Counted from the stretch's first letter, positions 38,016 to 51,245 are shown. The stretch: DNA of 64,000 nt from Octopus sinensis (GCF_006345805.1 NC_043020.1:19778001-19842000); one strand, 5' to 3'. Notes: generated by a model not told the origin, from the sequence alone. Program-made: numbers and translations.

Positions 38016-38349
38016 TATATAACAGGCCTCTTCCAGTTTGCATCTATGAAATCCGCTTACGAGGCTTTGGTTGGCCAAGGGTTTTAGCAGGAGACACTTG
38101 CCCAAGGTGCCATGCAGTGGGACTGAATCTGGAGCCAAGTAGTTAGAAAGCAAATTTCTTATCATACAGCCATGCATGCACCTATATCATATGAATTTAA
38201 AACCCTCTAGATCCCAATCATTTCTGTCACTACCAACTGGTTTTATGATGCATAACGTTGAATTCTAAAATGTTTGTAGTTACAAACATTTTAAGCAAGA
38301 ACTTTTCTTAAGATTTGGTTCAAACACCATCTTAAAAATGACAAATTCA

Positions 38350-39240
38350 ATTATTTGACAAAATCCTATCAAATTCTAAATCATTTCCAAAATGAATTGA
38401 AAAGTATAGACAAAGTATTTAAATGGAAATATGGAAAAAAAAAAGGGTTAAGGATTAGTGTTGAATTCTGTGAAGGAACCATAAAGATTTTAGAGAATAA
38501 TATACCAGAATATATATGTACACATTGCTTTCTCCAGGTTCCCAAAATGATATATTACCTTATTATCACCACACTAAAACATTATCTACTAGAGACATTT
38601 TTACACCAATTTTCAGTTTATAAAAATGAGAGCTAAAAGATTAGAAACCATCAAATATATGTATCAACAATAATGCAACAGGGAAAGACCTTGACCAACT
38701 TTGCATTCCTCCTTCAACTTCTACAGGTAATGCACATAACATGCATCAAACAACTTAAGATGTATTGACATATATTTGCACATTTGGTCAACCTGACCTA
38801 TTTATCACAATTAAAATCAGTTACTACCTGGACAAACGTACAAAATGTTATATCAGATATGACCACACAGCCAGAGTGTTTTGCTGAAACAATTAAACCT
38901 GATGAATTTAATGATAAAATCCAAAATTTTGAGCCCAATATTTTGAGTCACATGTATATACCACTGAATAGCAAAGGAGGAGACTGGTTCATGTTTACAT
39001 TTTGATTTGACTGACCAACAAAATTCAGCTAATCAAATTGATTCCTTTATTTCAGCTGAACTTCTGGACCCTAACACAGACAAGCACCTCTTGAACTTGA
39101 GAGATACATAGTCAATGGGATTCTCTAGATTTCAAATTACTTTGTATGAAGGACAATAAATGGTCAAAACATTATCATCCAAAACCATTTTTAAATTACA
39201 CTCTAACAGGAGATGATTATCATTCACATTGTTTTCTACT
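38350..39240 (+). mobile_element. Helitron Rep-domain relic
   Basis: Across frameshifts: FLHQF, IPPSTSTGNAHNMHQ, FGQPDLFITI, YTTE*QRRRLVHVYILI (cf. YTIEWQKRGLPHAHIL), QIDSFISAELLDPNTD. Confidence 0.8.
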
Positions 39241-39689
39241 CTAGGCACAAGGCCTGAAATTTTGGGGGAGGGGGCCAGTCGATGAGATTGACCCCAGTAC
39301 GCAACTGATACTTAATTTATCCACCCTGAAAGGATAAAAGGCAATGTCGACCTCGGCAGAATTTGAACTCAGGATGTAAAGACAGATGAAATACCGCTAA
39401 GCATTTCACCTGGCATGCTAATGTTTATCTTTCATATTGCAACAGAAAACCTGATGATGAAGGCTTTACAATAAGATTTGAACAAAATGTAATCTATGTA
39501 TATAAAACTAAGTATGTCTGTGTAAACCTACATAACTTTTGAAGTTCGCAACAGATTTTCTCCAAACTGGAAACATATATTACTTATGTTCCAGAGTTGG
39601 TCTTAGACTTAAAATCTTTTACACAATGAGTAATGGGGTCTCTGGGAGCAGAAAACTCCCTTTTCTAGGGTACATACGACTTATGTGGA

Positions 39690-39870
39690 GAAGAGAGGTA
39701 ACACTCTATGAAGTAACTCTGGAAGCCATTTACTCGCAATGTAATCTCCAGGGATACAGGCATCCAGCAACAGGACCTCCGTAATGCCATGATGGACCAT
39801 GAAGTCTGGCGTAGCATGGTAAATTCCATTGTCTCGACCACGGTGGAACAATGATGATGATGATGAACTC
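39690..39870 (+). mobile_element. RTE-type LINE 3' terminus with (GAT)n tail
   Basis: ISRDTGIQQQDLRNAMMDHEVWRSMVNSIVSTTVEQ* followed by the tail. Confidence 0.6.
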
Positions 39871-40719
39871 TTGGAAATTGATTGTCTCCCTTACATCCAG
39901 TGCAGTTAATCCACTTGGGTGTATTACTAGGTAAAGCTTTTTCCATTGAACCTTTTTCATCTTTTTAAAATATTGATATTAATTAATGTTTTTTAATGAC
40001 ATTTACTTAACATAACAGTGTCGTCTCAGTTCATTGTGTGTATTTCTTAAAATTTGCTAAGATATTGATATTATTTACCTTTTTTTATTGATATTTCATC
40101 ATTAACATACAATTGTTTATTACATCATATTTCTTGACATAATGTCTCCAAAGAAGAGATCCTCCATTGGTTGAAAAACAGTAGTAGCAGAGAAATTGAA
40201 CAGGAGAGCAAATGAAATGTCACATGAAACTTCAATTAGACAATCACAAAATGCTGCATGTACAGCTACTGCGATGAGCCATGTAGTATTCGCTTGACCA
40301 TGAATGCTGCTTCAGCCAATCACCACCCCTTACCACCTCATTTCTTTCATATAGTTTTCTCTCATGTAGTGCTCTTGAGCCTTCCCACAGGCTTAAGTTA
40401 TTACATAGATGTGGTTCTTATGTCTGCTGATTGATCAGCATGGTAGCGACAGTGCCATCAGCCACAAAGGAAAGTATATCCACTGAGAGCTTTTTGGTGC
40501 ATTCAAAAATAACATACCCCCACCCCCACCCCACTTTTTCATGACATGGTTAGGGCCTGGAACCTTCCAAACAGACACATGACATGTCACTTAGTCGAAT
40601 TAGCTCTTCATTTACTCCACAAATGTTTTGTCATCAATGCTACTCTTCCCTGTATCACATTTCATCTTAACTGTACTAGGATATACAAACTATGCCATTT
40701 AAATCTTGAGCAATGCCAG

Positions 40720-41520
40720 GTATCTGCTAGTTGCAAATAAATGGATTGTACGCCACTGCTCTCTCTTGACAAAAGCTTTTATTAAAGTACATATTAAGGT
40801 TGTATTTTGTAACTCTGTCAAGTCTATCATGTGAACAAGGGATCTGATATAGTTAAGTCTGATGAACAACAAACTATACCTGATGAAATGACAAACTATC
40901 AACAAAGTTGTTACTTAAGCAACAATAAAATATTTTGGGAAATGTTTGGCACTCCCAACCATGAAAGATTTTCTACAGTACAGTAACTTGCACTTCATTT
41001 AGAAAGTAGACCGATAAAAAACCTGCTTAGTAATAAGCTCTTACTCCAACAGAAACTACTCTTACAACTTTTTCTACACTGTGCCAAGAAGATATGTTTG
41101 CTTAAACTTCATTGCATCACTTGTTACTTTATTATATATGGAACAACAGAAAACGGAGTAGAAGAGAGGAGGCAAAGTTGAAGGTCATCCACAGGTAAAA
41201 TTTGTCTGCACTTTCAGCAGAGTTTATACTAGTCATCCCAACCAATATTTTTTTTAAGAATCTGCATGAAGTTATAGGGTCTAGATCTTCTGAAGACCTT
41301 AGGACAGCTGATGGTCATATTTGTGTTGCATTTAAAGAGAGAGAGGAATGCCACAAATGTGAAATACTAGAAGATGATAGTCAAAGGGAAGTCACTTTAA
41401 AAAAAGCAGCCATAACCAATCCCCAAAGCAGTTAAGAGATTTTGCTATTTTGTTGACAACCTGTAATATAGGAGTTGACCCTTTACAATTATGGAACAAA
41501 GATGATTTTGCAGAAGATTC
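40720..41520 (+). mobile_element. Helitron RepHel relic, continuation
   Basis: KWIV..., HIKVVFCNSVKSI, VNKGSD, DEMTNYQ, HERFSTVQ*LALHLE, RVYTSHP, GSRSSEDLRTADG, LEDDSQREVTLKKAA. Confidence 0.8.
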
Positions 41521-41559
41521 TAAGCACCAAGTTTAGAATCTTGCCAGCCTTTATATTAA

Positions 41560-42030
41560 TGTAATTTGCACAAATGAAGTGCAAAACAAAGCCTTAATTG
41601 AGATAGAAAAATAAAGCATCAGTGGATGGAGTGGATAACAAGAGACTAGAAGAATAGCAAGCTAGAGACATCCAGCAATATTACAGACTTCAGAGCCTGA
41701 ATTCTGAGCACATTGTTTTATGGCAAAGAATAGTATCGCTACACTTCTCATTTTGTATAGACTGACATGCTTCTTAAATATCAAGTAGGTTGGATTTGAA
41801 TCAATAGGATCCTGGCCAACATCAAGATACCTTGTTCTGTTGCAACATTTCCTCATACTGGGTCATACACACTGCATACTAAATATGAGGATCCCCAAAG
41901 ACATGCTGAATAGGGTGAGTCCTCTAACAATTCCATCTTCATTTCAAAGATATCTGCAAGTGAGACATGAAGTCACTGGATAAGAATGTTGAAAGATGGG
42001 AGGACGTTGCAAGTGACCGCTGGAATAAGA
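41560..42030 (+). mobile_element. Decayed RTE (BovB-like) relic
   Basis: ILSTLFYG, RIPKDML, FKDICK*DMKSLD..VERWEDVASDR. Confidence 0.6.
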
Positions 42031-42455
42031 CAGATTTTTTTTTTTAATTAAGAAAACTAAAGCTGAATGAAAGATACTTGACAAAAAAAAAAAGAAAAGA
42101 AGAAAGAAAGAGAAAGAGAGAGAGAGAGAGAGTACTATACTATCAAACGGGACTTCTAAAGTATTTGTGATTCCTGTTGTGGGGACCTCTACTGCCACTG
42201 CAGATGGTACTCTGCCAACAAGACTAAATCACAACTTTCCAGGTGAAAATCCACGATCTTCCAAGACTAACAGACGCCAGAATATGTGTGTATATGTGTG
42301 CATACCACTATGTGTAAATGTATGTATCTACGCACTTACATGTGTGTGTTTGTATTTTATAGTTCTGATATTCATAAAAGATAGCTTAATTCATAACAAA
42401 GCCAACAGGATAAGTAAAGAACCATAACCGTTTCCATCCCCCCCTTTTTACTTAC

Positions 42456-42650
42456 CGCTAGTTCAAACAACAAAACCACTTATTCCTGCTTTCTTCTCTC
42501 TCAATCGAAGGACAAGATCCAAGACATTAGAATCTACACGTTTCACGAAATCTTCTGTGGAGTGTCGCTAAATAGATTCTCACCACTTTCTTCGGCTTTT
42601 CGCAATTTACTCAACAAGATGGAATCGTTTACAAAACATATCTATAAACT
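42456..42650 (-). other. Putative non-coding first exon of the minus-strand gene (5' boundary unknown)
   Basis: G|GTAAGT donor at 42455, CpG-retaining context, stops in all three frames. Confidence 0.4.
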
Positions 42651-44453
42651 CGATAGAAACAATTGAGATTAACAATAGAAAGGAAACAAAAAAGAATGCT
42701 TCATATATTCAATAACAACATTGGGTTGGATGGAGGAGTTGACTATTCACACAGCGAATTCTGAATTAATGAGAAATAGCAACCAAATCTACCTCGGCTT
42801 ACACAACCGTAGTTTATATTTTATATATTCTTTTTTAAAAGACGTTTTGTAAAATATAATGTTAGATACACAAAAAGATGGGGTGATCATGGTTGGAATG
42901 CTTTTGATCATAGACCTGTCTGATCCATGGCCGATTTATGATCAAACAAGAACACAGCGAATATCGGTAGTTTAAAAATAATAAATTAAATACCGACAAT
43001 TAGATTCTCACAGAGTCAGCTTGTAAATAAATACACATCTGGATAGTTATATTGAATTGAGCGGTGAACTTTAAAACACGTCCGAAAGTTGTTCAGTAAA
43101 TAATTGTTTGACAGGAAAATTTCGGTCTCCTTGCACAAATCAAACGCGATTGTTGTTTAACCGCTTTGCACATCTTGTGTTTGATATAGTTATTGATTAT
43201 AGATGTGACTGTGTAATTTGTTTAAGAAGAGATCGAAAAACGATTGAATTTTAGTCATCTATAATTCTAGATTACCATTTTTCATTTGTATACGAAAGAG
43301 GTAAATGGGGAAGTTACCTAAAAAAAGTTTGAAAACGTCGGAAGAATTTGTCTTCAAACTTGAAAATAGAAAGAAAAAAGAAAAGAATTTGTCACGACGT
43401 CGTGGATGCAACAATTGCATCAGTTTGCACAGAAAAACGCTTCTGAGAAATAACATTTCATTAAGCCGCTTTTCATGTATTTTACCATTTAAGAGAGTCA
43501 GTTGCTTGACGATCTTTTGTCACGGCATTGACAGATACCAGAAATGTACGAAAACCAAACTGAAACCTTACCAAAACAGATCCTGCCTTCCCGAGTAATT
43601 TCCAGTCTAACGTTCGTAAAAACTGAAATGGTTTTGGTTTCAATTTTATTTTAACCAGATTAGCATGTCTCGTGGACGCAATGCTGCTCCTCGTTTTATC
43701 GTGAATCCCAACGAAATATTTACAGATCAGAAGACAATCAATGAAACGCATTTAATTACGACACTGACTCGAAGACTTACACTGCTTGGTGTGCTCGCCG
43801 TGGATTGAAGAATTCTCACTTATGCCCAGGACGTATGTGAGAATTCTTGAAAGTGGTATGCCACTTATAATTATGAAATGTTTTACTTTAATAAACTTTT
43901 TGGATCACCGATTTTATGAATGTCAAACAGGAAATTACCTCTTCCTGTTTGCATCTCAGATAAGAGACTCGCCACATCTGAACGAGAGGATGCTATTTAG
44001 ACGAGTGATTCTCAGACTGACAACAGAGCCCCACACCTCAAAATATCAATAAAATATTTTGATCTGGCCTCCACAATTAACGACAAAATAGGATTTGTAT
44101 CTATATAATTCTTCTTTCTTCGCTATGGTGTTGGACAAGTTAATTATTAAATTTGGTAATTAGTCTATCCCGTTCCTTTTCAATCCTAACAGGTACTCAA
44201 AGGAGATGTCGCCTCTCCTATGAGAAACACTGATCTCATTCACGTTTGACGTGGGGAGTAAGGAAATAATTAATGTTGCTGACTAAGGACGTTCTAACCA
44301 TGACCATCCCTTAGTTTTTTCTTCTCAAGAATGGACCCTACCTTTTTAAAGATACAGGCTCGATAACCGTCGCTTTACTAATGATAACATTTTAAATCTA
44401 AATTGTTTATCCGTTTAAAATGCTATCTTTAATACAAAATATATTCAGTTTAA

Positions 44454-46284
44454 GGCATACTTACATACGTGTGCCCCCCCCCCCTACGACTTTGTTTCTT
44501 CATAATTTTTCAGAAAGATGAGTATTTTTTTAATGAAATTTTCAACAAATACATTTCAGATAGTGTAGATTTCGATTATATCGGAATTTTTTTATGAAAC
44601 AATTTTTCAGTGAGTGAGGACGGGTTTTGAGAAAATTCACACGAGTTAGCTTTGTTTCCTCATAGCTTTCAGAAAAATAAGTGTTTTTTTTTTTTTTGTA
44701 AACTTGGACAAGTACTCCAGCACGCAGTTCACTAAGGAAAAAAAATAAAACTTGGATTTTCGCATAGAATCAAGTACCCTGCCTTCCTAATGGACCGCAA
44801 ACCCCTTAGCGTTTTGAGAAAAGCTTATATTTCACGTTAAAGTTGTAGTATTTCGGTAATTTCAACCAATCAATGACGTGTATTCAGCTGAATAAAATTA
44901 CTGCTGTTGTTTATCAACAAGAACTTCCGGTGGTGTATATTTCGTTTGTCACTGTTATTTATGACAATCCTAACCCTAAAACCCTAATCCTAATCCTAAA
45001 ACCCTAACTCTAACCCTAAACCCTAACCCTAATCCTAAAAACTTAAAGCTAAAACCAGTACAAACGCTCGAACGATGTCATAAATAACAGTGACAAACGA
45101 AATATACACCTCCGATAGTTGTTGTTGACAAACAACAGCAGTAATTTTATTCAGCTGAATACACGTCATTGATTGGTTGAAATTACCGAAATATGAGAAC
45201 TTTAACATGAAATAACTTCCTAAATATAAGCTTTTCTCAAAAACGCTAAGAGTAAAAGATGTTTTATATGACACATTCTACCACTGTCAGAAGTATGAAA
45301 GTGTTTAGTTCAAAAAATTATTTTTTAAATCTGTCGGTCCCACAAGGGGCTACACACAGAGGGGACAAACAAGGACAGAAAAACGGATTAAGTTGATTAT
45401 ATCGACCCCACCCCAGTGTGTAACTGGTACTTATTTAATCGACCCCAAAAGGATGAAAGGCAAAGTCGACCTCAGCAGAATTTGAACTCAGAACATAGCA
45501 GCAGACGAAATACTGCTAAGCATTTCAACCAGCGTGCTAACGTTTCTACCATCTCGCCACCTAAGGAGAGATAAAGAATAATATAAAATTCTTCTAAAAA
45601 ACGTTTTTCTAAATTTTATCAATATAAAGATTTATTTGACAAAACATTTCAAGTCTGTGTCCTAGTGAGACCACAGTCCACTGCCTGAAACAAGTAAAAG
45701 ACAAAACTGAATTGTAATCTACACTCTCAAGAACATATATCCTGGAGATATTTTTGTGTTTGTGTGTGAAAAATCCAAGTTTTGTTTTTTCCTAGTGAAC
45801 CGTGTCTACTTGTCCAAATTTACCGTTTTTTTTTTTTTTATATGAAATTTTCAACAGACACCTTTCAGTGTGTGGATTAGGATTATATCAGAATTTCATA
45901 TGAAAAAAAATGGGTGTACTTATACGTACACATCATTGTACATCTACAGAATCATACTTAAAATTTCGAAAAAAATTGTGATGTGTCAGTATGTATGTGT
46001 GTTCACCATTTTTATTTTTATTAAATTCCAATATAACTGACAGGAGGTAAATTTCATTTAAAAAAGTACCAATTTTTCTGAAAGTTATAAGGAAGCAAAG
46101 CTAACTCATGTGAATTTTCTGAAACTCCTCTCCCCACCTACAGAAAGTGTTTTTTCATGACAAATTCCAATATAATAAGAATGTACACAATTTGAAGTGT
46201 ATTTTTAAAAAATTTCATTAAAAAATATAAATTTTTTTTCTGGGTTATGAAGAAACAAAGTTGGGGGCACACTGTGTAGGTATG
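44454..46284. mobile_element. Large fold-back element with about 240-bp outer TIRs, nested inner arms and a 10-bp flanking direct repeat
   Basis: About 44454-44690 pairs with 46050-46284 (diverged), and about 44700-44770 with 45765-45830. TTCAGTTTAA at 44444-44453 and 46285-46294. Confidence 0.75.
44805..45250. repeat. Palindromic MITE-like hairpin with a (CCCTAA)n-like telomeric core
   Basis: Arms 44805-44966 and 45076-45250; the loop holds about 10 CCCTAA/TCCTAA/CCCTAAA units at 44967-45038. Confidence 0.9.
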
Positions 46285-46989
46285 TTCAGTTTAAATACTA
46301 AATCATTGGAAAAAGCTAGAAGCTTTACCTTTGTTTTGATTTTCAGAAAATTCTGTGAATTATCGAGTCTAAGGAGCCCTCTTTCACTGTTTTAAGAACA
46401 GGATTCTATCACCCATTGGACAAGTATAGGTGTCAAGAAACCAAGCTCATTCTCTCTATATACCCAGAAATTAAAAAAAAAAAGATAACATTGTCCTTTC
46501 AGCTAACAAATAATCCTATCCCTTCTCCTCCTCCAGTTTGCAATCAGTTCTAATTTAACTACACAGGATTTTAAATAAAGAACTTTTACAATATATTGCT
46601 TTTATTTTGTTTGATAAAAGTTGTCATGCAGAAAATGTCACCTTCCAAATCTGTTTTCTGATTATGTAAAAATAATCAAACTTTAAAGCTATGTAACACT
46701 TTTCAAAAAATTTTCTGGAACAAGTGAATAACTAAATTCATCATGAAAAATTTCAAAGATTGGAAGCCAACAGATGTCCAAAGAAAGTGGGGGGGGGGAG
46801 AAGAGAGGAATGTTGCAAAACAGCAATTTATTTTTTGTTAAAGAGTGGGATATTAAGTTCTTTCTATAGAGTTAAAGCTTATCAAGCTAAAAAGATTTGC
46901 AAGTGTATGCCAAGAAAGAAAAACAAATTCGCTAATTTGAATATTAGTAGGTATTTGTAAATCTAGTGAGAGAATGAAACAGACTGGTG

Positions 46990-49100
46990 AACCAACCATG
47001 TGGAAAGACAATCAACTTCTATTTGATTAACTCTGGATAATCTGCCGAAAGGTTCACAGAATTTAATGAGCCTAGTTGATTGGCCTGTTTATAGCTAATA
47101 GGGAGTGTGTTGAAAGGACTTTGTTAGGTTGAGTCATGTTTTGGTGCAAATTTATACCTGTAGTAAATTTAGCTAATAAGATGAATTGGTGTTCATTTGG
47201 GTATCTTCAGTACCTTCTTTGTGCTGCTTGTCTTATGAACTCATAATATGGAAGTAATGAGGAATATTCCCTTTGATATGAGATATTGGAGCATGCTACC
47301 TACGTAAGAAACTGATGTCACTATCAGGTTGCCTGATATTTCAGGTATGTGATTGGCATTCAGCTATAGAAATGTAATGCAGATTAACTGAGATAAGCTG
47401 GTTGGCTTGAAACTCAGCACAGAGGGAGGTCATACCAACTAGTGATCATCACTAAACTCAAAATATGTTTAAAATACTTGGGGTCCAGTTTGGTTCAAAC
47501 ATGCAAGTATGAACTGGGACAAGATGAGAACCACAGTGACTGACCCACTCCCTGAGTCAGCCACCCTGGTTCTCACCTTGTCCCTGTTCATGTGCTGTGA
47601 GGAAGTTATCAATGGAAGGTTGAGCAATGGGTACATGATTTACTTTTTCATCAACATACCTTACCACCATGCAATACCTGACTAGATTGGAACGTTTGAT
47701 CCTTTGTTACAAGAGAAAGAGACATGTTCTTTTAGTTGAGAGATTCAACAACCAGAACTATTCTAAGAAGCGTCATGAAATAACATGGCTGATGGTGTAC
47801 AAGCATTAGCTGATGCTGTAGCATCTGCCAGATTCCAGGACAAAGAGCAAGTGAAGCCATGATTTGTCAGCAACATGTTTCCATCAGCTCATTACCTTAA
47901 CTGCAGTCCTGGATCGAGCAGAAACCAAAGATGGACATTTGACATCTACAATGTTGCATCTGTAGTGAATGCTATTTTCATTATTTAGTTGTCTAGACTT
48001 AAATAGGCCCATTTTGGCTCCTACATTGGTTTTTCTACAAGTGGTCACATGACCACTTGTTCATGCTAATTGGATGCTTTAAGTCATCCAATTAGAGCTC
48101 AGGCCACCACAGAAAACATGTGGTCTGTTTTGAGCCCACCTGATGGCTATAAAAATAAAGAATTTCTTTTGAGATACCAGTGAAGAGAGAATTGTCAGCA
48201 GAGATTTTTGTTGCCATGTTTTATGCTTTTCCTGCACACTTCTTCATGTTCAAGTGGCATGAGAAACCAACGTATTTTTATTGACAGAATTAGTCATGTG
48301 TACCAGTTTGCTGTATCTTCTATTAGTGATGAAATAAATGTGGCAGTTAACTTTAACTTGTCTTCATATTTCTTGATGCTCTCTATCATGAATTGTTTGA
48401 AACTAGAAGATTATAATGTTTTCACATTCATCTTTTTCACCTCGCTAAACATCTACCAAATCCACATGTCCTATAGTAGGTCAGTGGAGAAGATATTTAC
48501 AATGTCATCGAAGATGTTCTGCAGAGACTATTCTGTAAGGCTTTCCGGATAGGAATTATGGATAATATCTAAAAGACTTTAGTTCTAAAGTGTCATCTAC
48601 AGGTATGACTGTATTGGTCTAAGATGTGGTGTGGTGGGGGAGGAGGGTAAAACCATTTTCCATGCACTGGCCCATTGCTATCTTATGGAATTATGTTGAC
48701 AGTTATTATGTGTTGGACAGATTTGGCTATTGTCTGATTCTCTTGTGGAGATCATCTTACTACCTTCCTTTTTCCAAGGAGGACTGACACCTTTCCTTTG
48801 CATGTGTCTAAGAAGATAGATCCTTTATGATGGACAGGTCTGAAAGGGATTAGGACAGGGTTTTTCCTTTCCTACTAAAAGGATTACCTCTTGGTGGTAA
48901 GGTAGAGAGGGAAGTGTTTTTCTACAGCAACTTTTATGATTGAGTGTAAAAATAGAGTATTGGTATTCTTACCCAAACATGGTTTGGATGAGAATAATGA
49001 TCTCTTCAGTTCTGCCTGCAGTTTGAGCAGAGGGAAAGCATAAATGAGCAGCAAAGTGTGGTTGAAAGTTTGGTTAGTTGTACTAAAGGTGTTTAGTAAG
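46990..49100 (-). mobile_element. Possible very old Tx1/L1 relic
   Basis: GC-richer, stop-riddled coding-like stretch; RQVKVNCHIYFI resembles octopod Tx1 ORF1 as I recall it. Weak. Confidence 0.3.
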
Positions 49101-50864
49101 TAAGGTATCTCCCTCTTAACAGAAGAGCTATATGTTTATAACCTTTCTTTGGACCCATGTTCTGGATAACTAAATGCCTTCGTCTCTCATACCTAGAAGG
49201 TCAGATGAGAAAGAGATTAAGAGAAAGAAATGCATAATTCTGTCAAATCGATACAATGGTACAGTGTAATGCTAAATGGAATTCACAACAGAATCTCATT
49301 GACAGAAACTTGATTGCATGGACCTTTTTTTCTTTTTTTCAAAATACATGACTGCTATTTCTTTTTCTGTTGTTTGTGCCAATGACACTATTACAGGAAC
49401 ATGAACATACCAACGCTGCACCTATAATTATCAATGTTTTTTAATTTTTATTTTTAATACTCAGTTCACTAGGATGTTGAAAATCTATAGAAACCAAAAA
49501 ATGCTTTAAAATTAACTTAGACTGAAATTTCAATGAATATTTGAAATTTAAATTCCTGTATGGTTGGTAGGTGGAAACTGGAAGATGCTCATCATATATA
49601 GAAGGGTAACTATAAAGTTTGGATACATGGGAAACATCAATCATATTCTTGCTTTTGTTTCTTTCACAAATTGAATATGAGTTTGTCTAAAGAAATAATT
49701 GAATCAATACTACTCATTGGGTATGAAGGATAGTCATAAGAACGTAGATGCTTTCAATGTATGTCGGATCTAGTTTTCCTCATTCACAAAATAAACCCCC
49801 TTGTCCACACACATACACATACATATACAACAGGCTTCTCTCAGTTTCTATCTACCAAATCCACTGACAAAGCTTTGGTAAGTCAAAGGCTATAGTAGAA
49901 GACACTTGCCCAAGGTGACATACAATGGGACTGAACCCAGAACCATATTGTTGGGAAGCGAGTTTCTTACCACACAGTCACAGGCAAAGTATGTATTATA
50001 TTGAAGTATGTATAATACTGAAGTGTGTATAATATTGGCTTCAAATTTTGGCACAAGACCAGCAATTTTCATCCCCACAGTTTAGCAGTTCGGCAAAAGA
50101 GACCAATAGAATAAGTACCAGGCTTTAAAAAATAGTACTGGGGTCAAGTTATTCAACTAAAACCCTTCAGGGCATCACCCCAGCATGGCCACAGTCCAAT
50201 GACTGAAACAAGTAAATGATAAAAGATATATTAAGATGTGTGAATATGGTGTGTGTGCACGCACGTGTGTGTGTGTGTGTGTGCACGCACGTGTGTGTGT
50301 GTGTGTATATATATATCATCATCACCATCATTTAATGTCTGTTTTTCATGCTGGCATGGGTAGGACAGTTTGACATGAACTGACCAGGCCTAAGACTACA
50401 CCAGACTATATATATAATTCTGCTGGGCCAGACATGTCACAAGATTCACAGACAACACATGAGTCTGTGCAGTTACTGAGTGGTATCCAAGAGTGGTATT
50501 CACCCCAGTGCTCAACTGGTACTATTTTGTTGACCTCAAAAGGATGAAAGGCAAAGTTGACCTTGGTGAAATTTGAACTCAGAACGTAAAGACAGATGAA
50601 ATTCCATTGATCATTTTACCCAGTGTACTAACGATTCCGTCAGCTCACTGCCTTTGAAGTGTGTATAATATTGAAGTATGTATATTAGTGAATAATGTAT
50701 AATACTGAAATGCGCATACTATTGAAGTATTGTATTAAGTTAAATCCTTGGCACATTAAATGCTATTAGCCTAATTGTGGATTTCACTAATCTGCCCACA
50801 CTCAACCCTATTTCTCTTCTTTACTCAACATTAATCTAGAGAAATCTCATTACGTGGACTTAAC

Positions 50865-50878
50865 CTTGCCATAGCAAC
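50865..50878. promoter_or_regulatory. RFX X-box-like site CTTGCCATAGCAAC
   Basis: 13/14 match to the palindromic X-box GTTGCCATAGCAAC, about 370 bp upstream of the STI1-like ATG. Confidence 0.55.
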
Positions 50879-50962
50879 AAATTGTGTGTTTCATTGACCC
50901 CCACCCCAGTCTGCTGCAGGCTACAGTTTGCAATCATTAATGCTATCTAGCTATATTATGAG

Positions 50963-51145
50963 GTAAAACCAACTAGTGAATGAAATAATTTTGTTGATTG
51001 GTTGTTAAATTATTCTGCCGGAGTTATTGAGGTGTTTTTCACACCAAAAATTCAATACAGCTCACTAGTCATCTTCATCTGTTAAAAGCAAAATATTCTA
51101 CTTAATGTCTTCAAACTGATAAATATATTATATGTTTCTTCACAG
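50963..51145 (+). other. Candidate 5'-UTR intron of the STI1-like gene
   Basis: GAG|GTAAAA donor and tatgtttcttcacag| acceptor; 183 nt. Confidence 0.45.
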
Positions 51146-51245
51146 ACTGACTTCAGTTGTAAATTTTTATTGGAATAACCTTCCAATGACTCTCATGTTC
51201 ATTTGAGTTTGTTTAATTTGGAGGAAAACCCTTCATCTCTGAATA

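Noticed and set aside
42525-42560. Hammerhead-like CAGAAGA...GAAACGTGTA on the minus strand
   Set aside because: The core is mutated and neither stem I nor stem II can form.
44193-44260. Strong plus-strand acceptor/donor pair
   Set aside because: Stops in all frames, and the neighbouring sequence matches a repeat tail seen at about 42870-42950.
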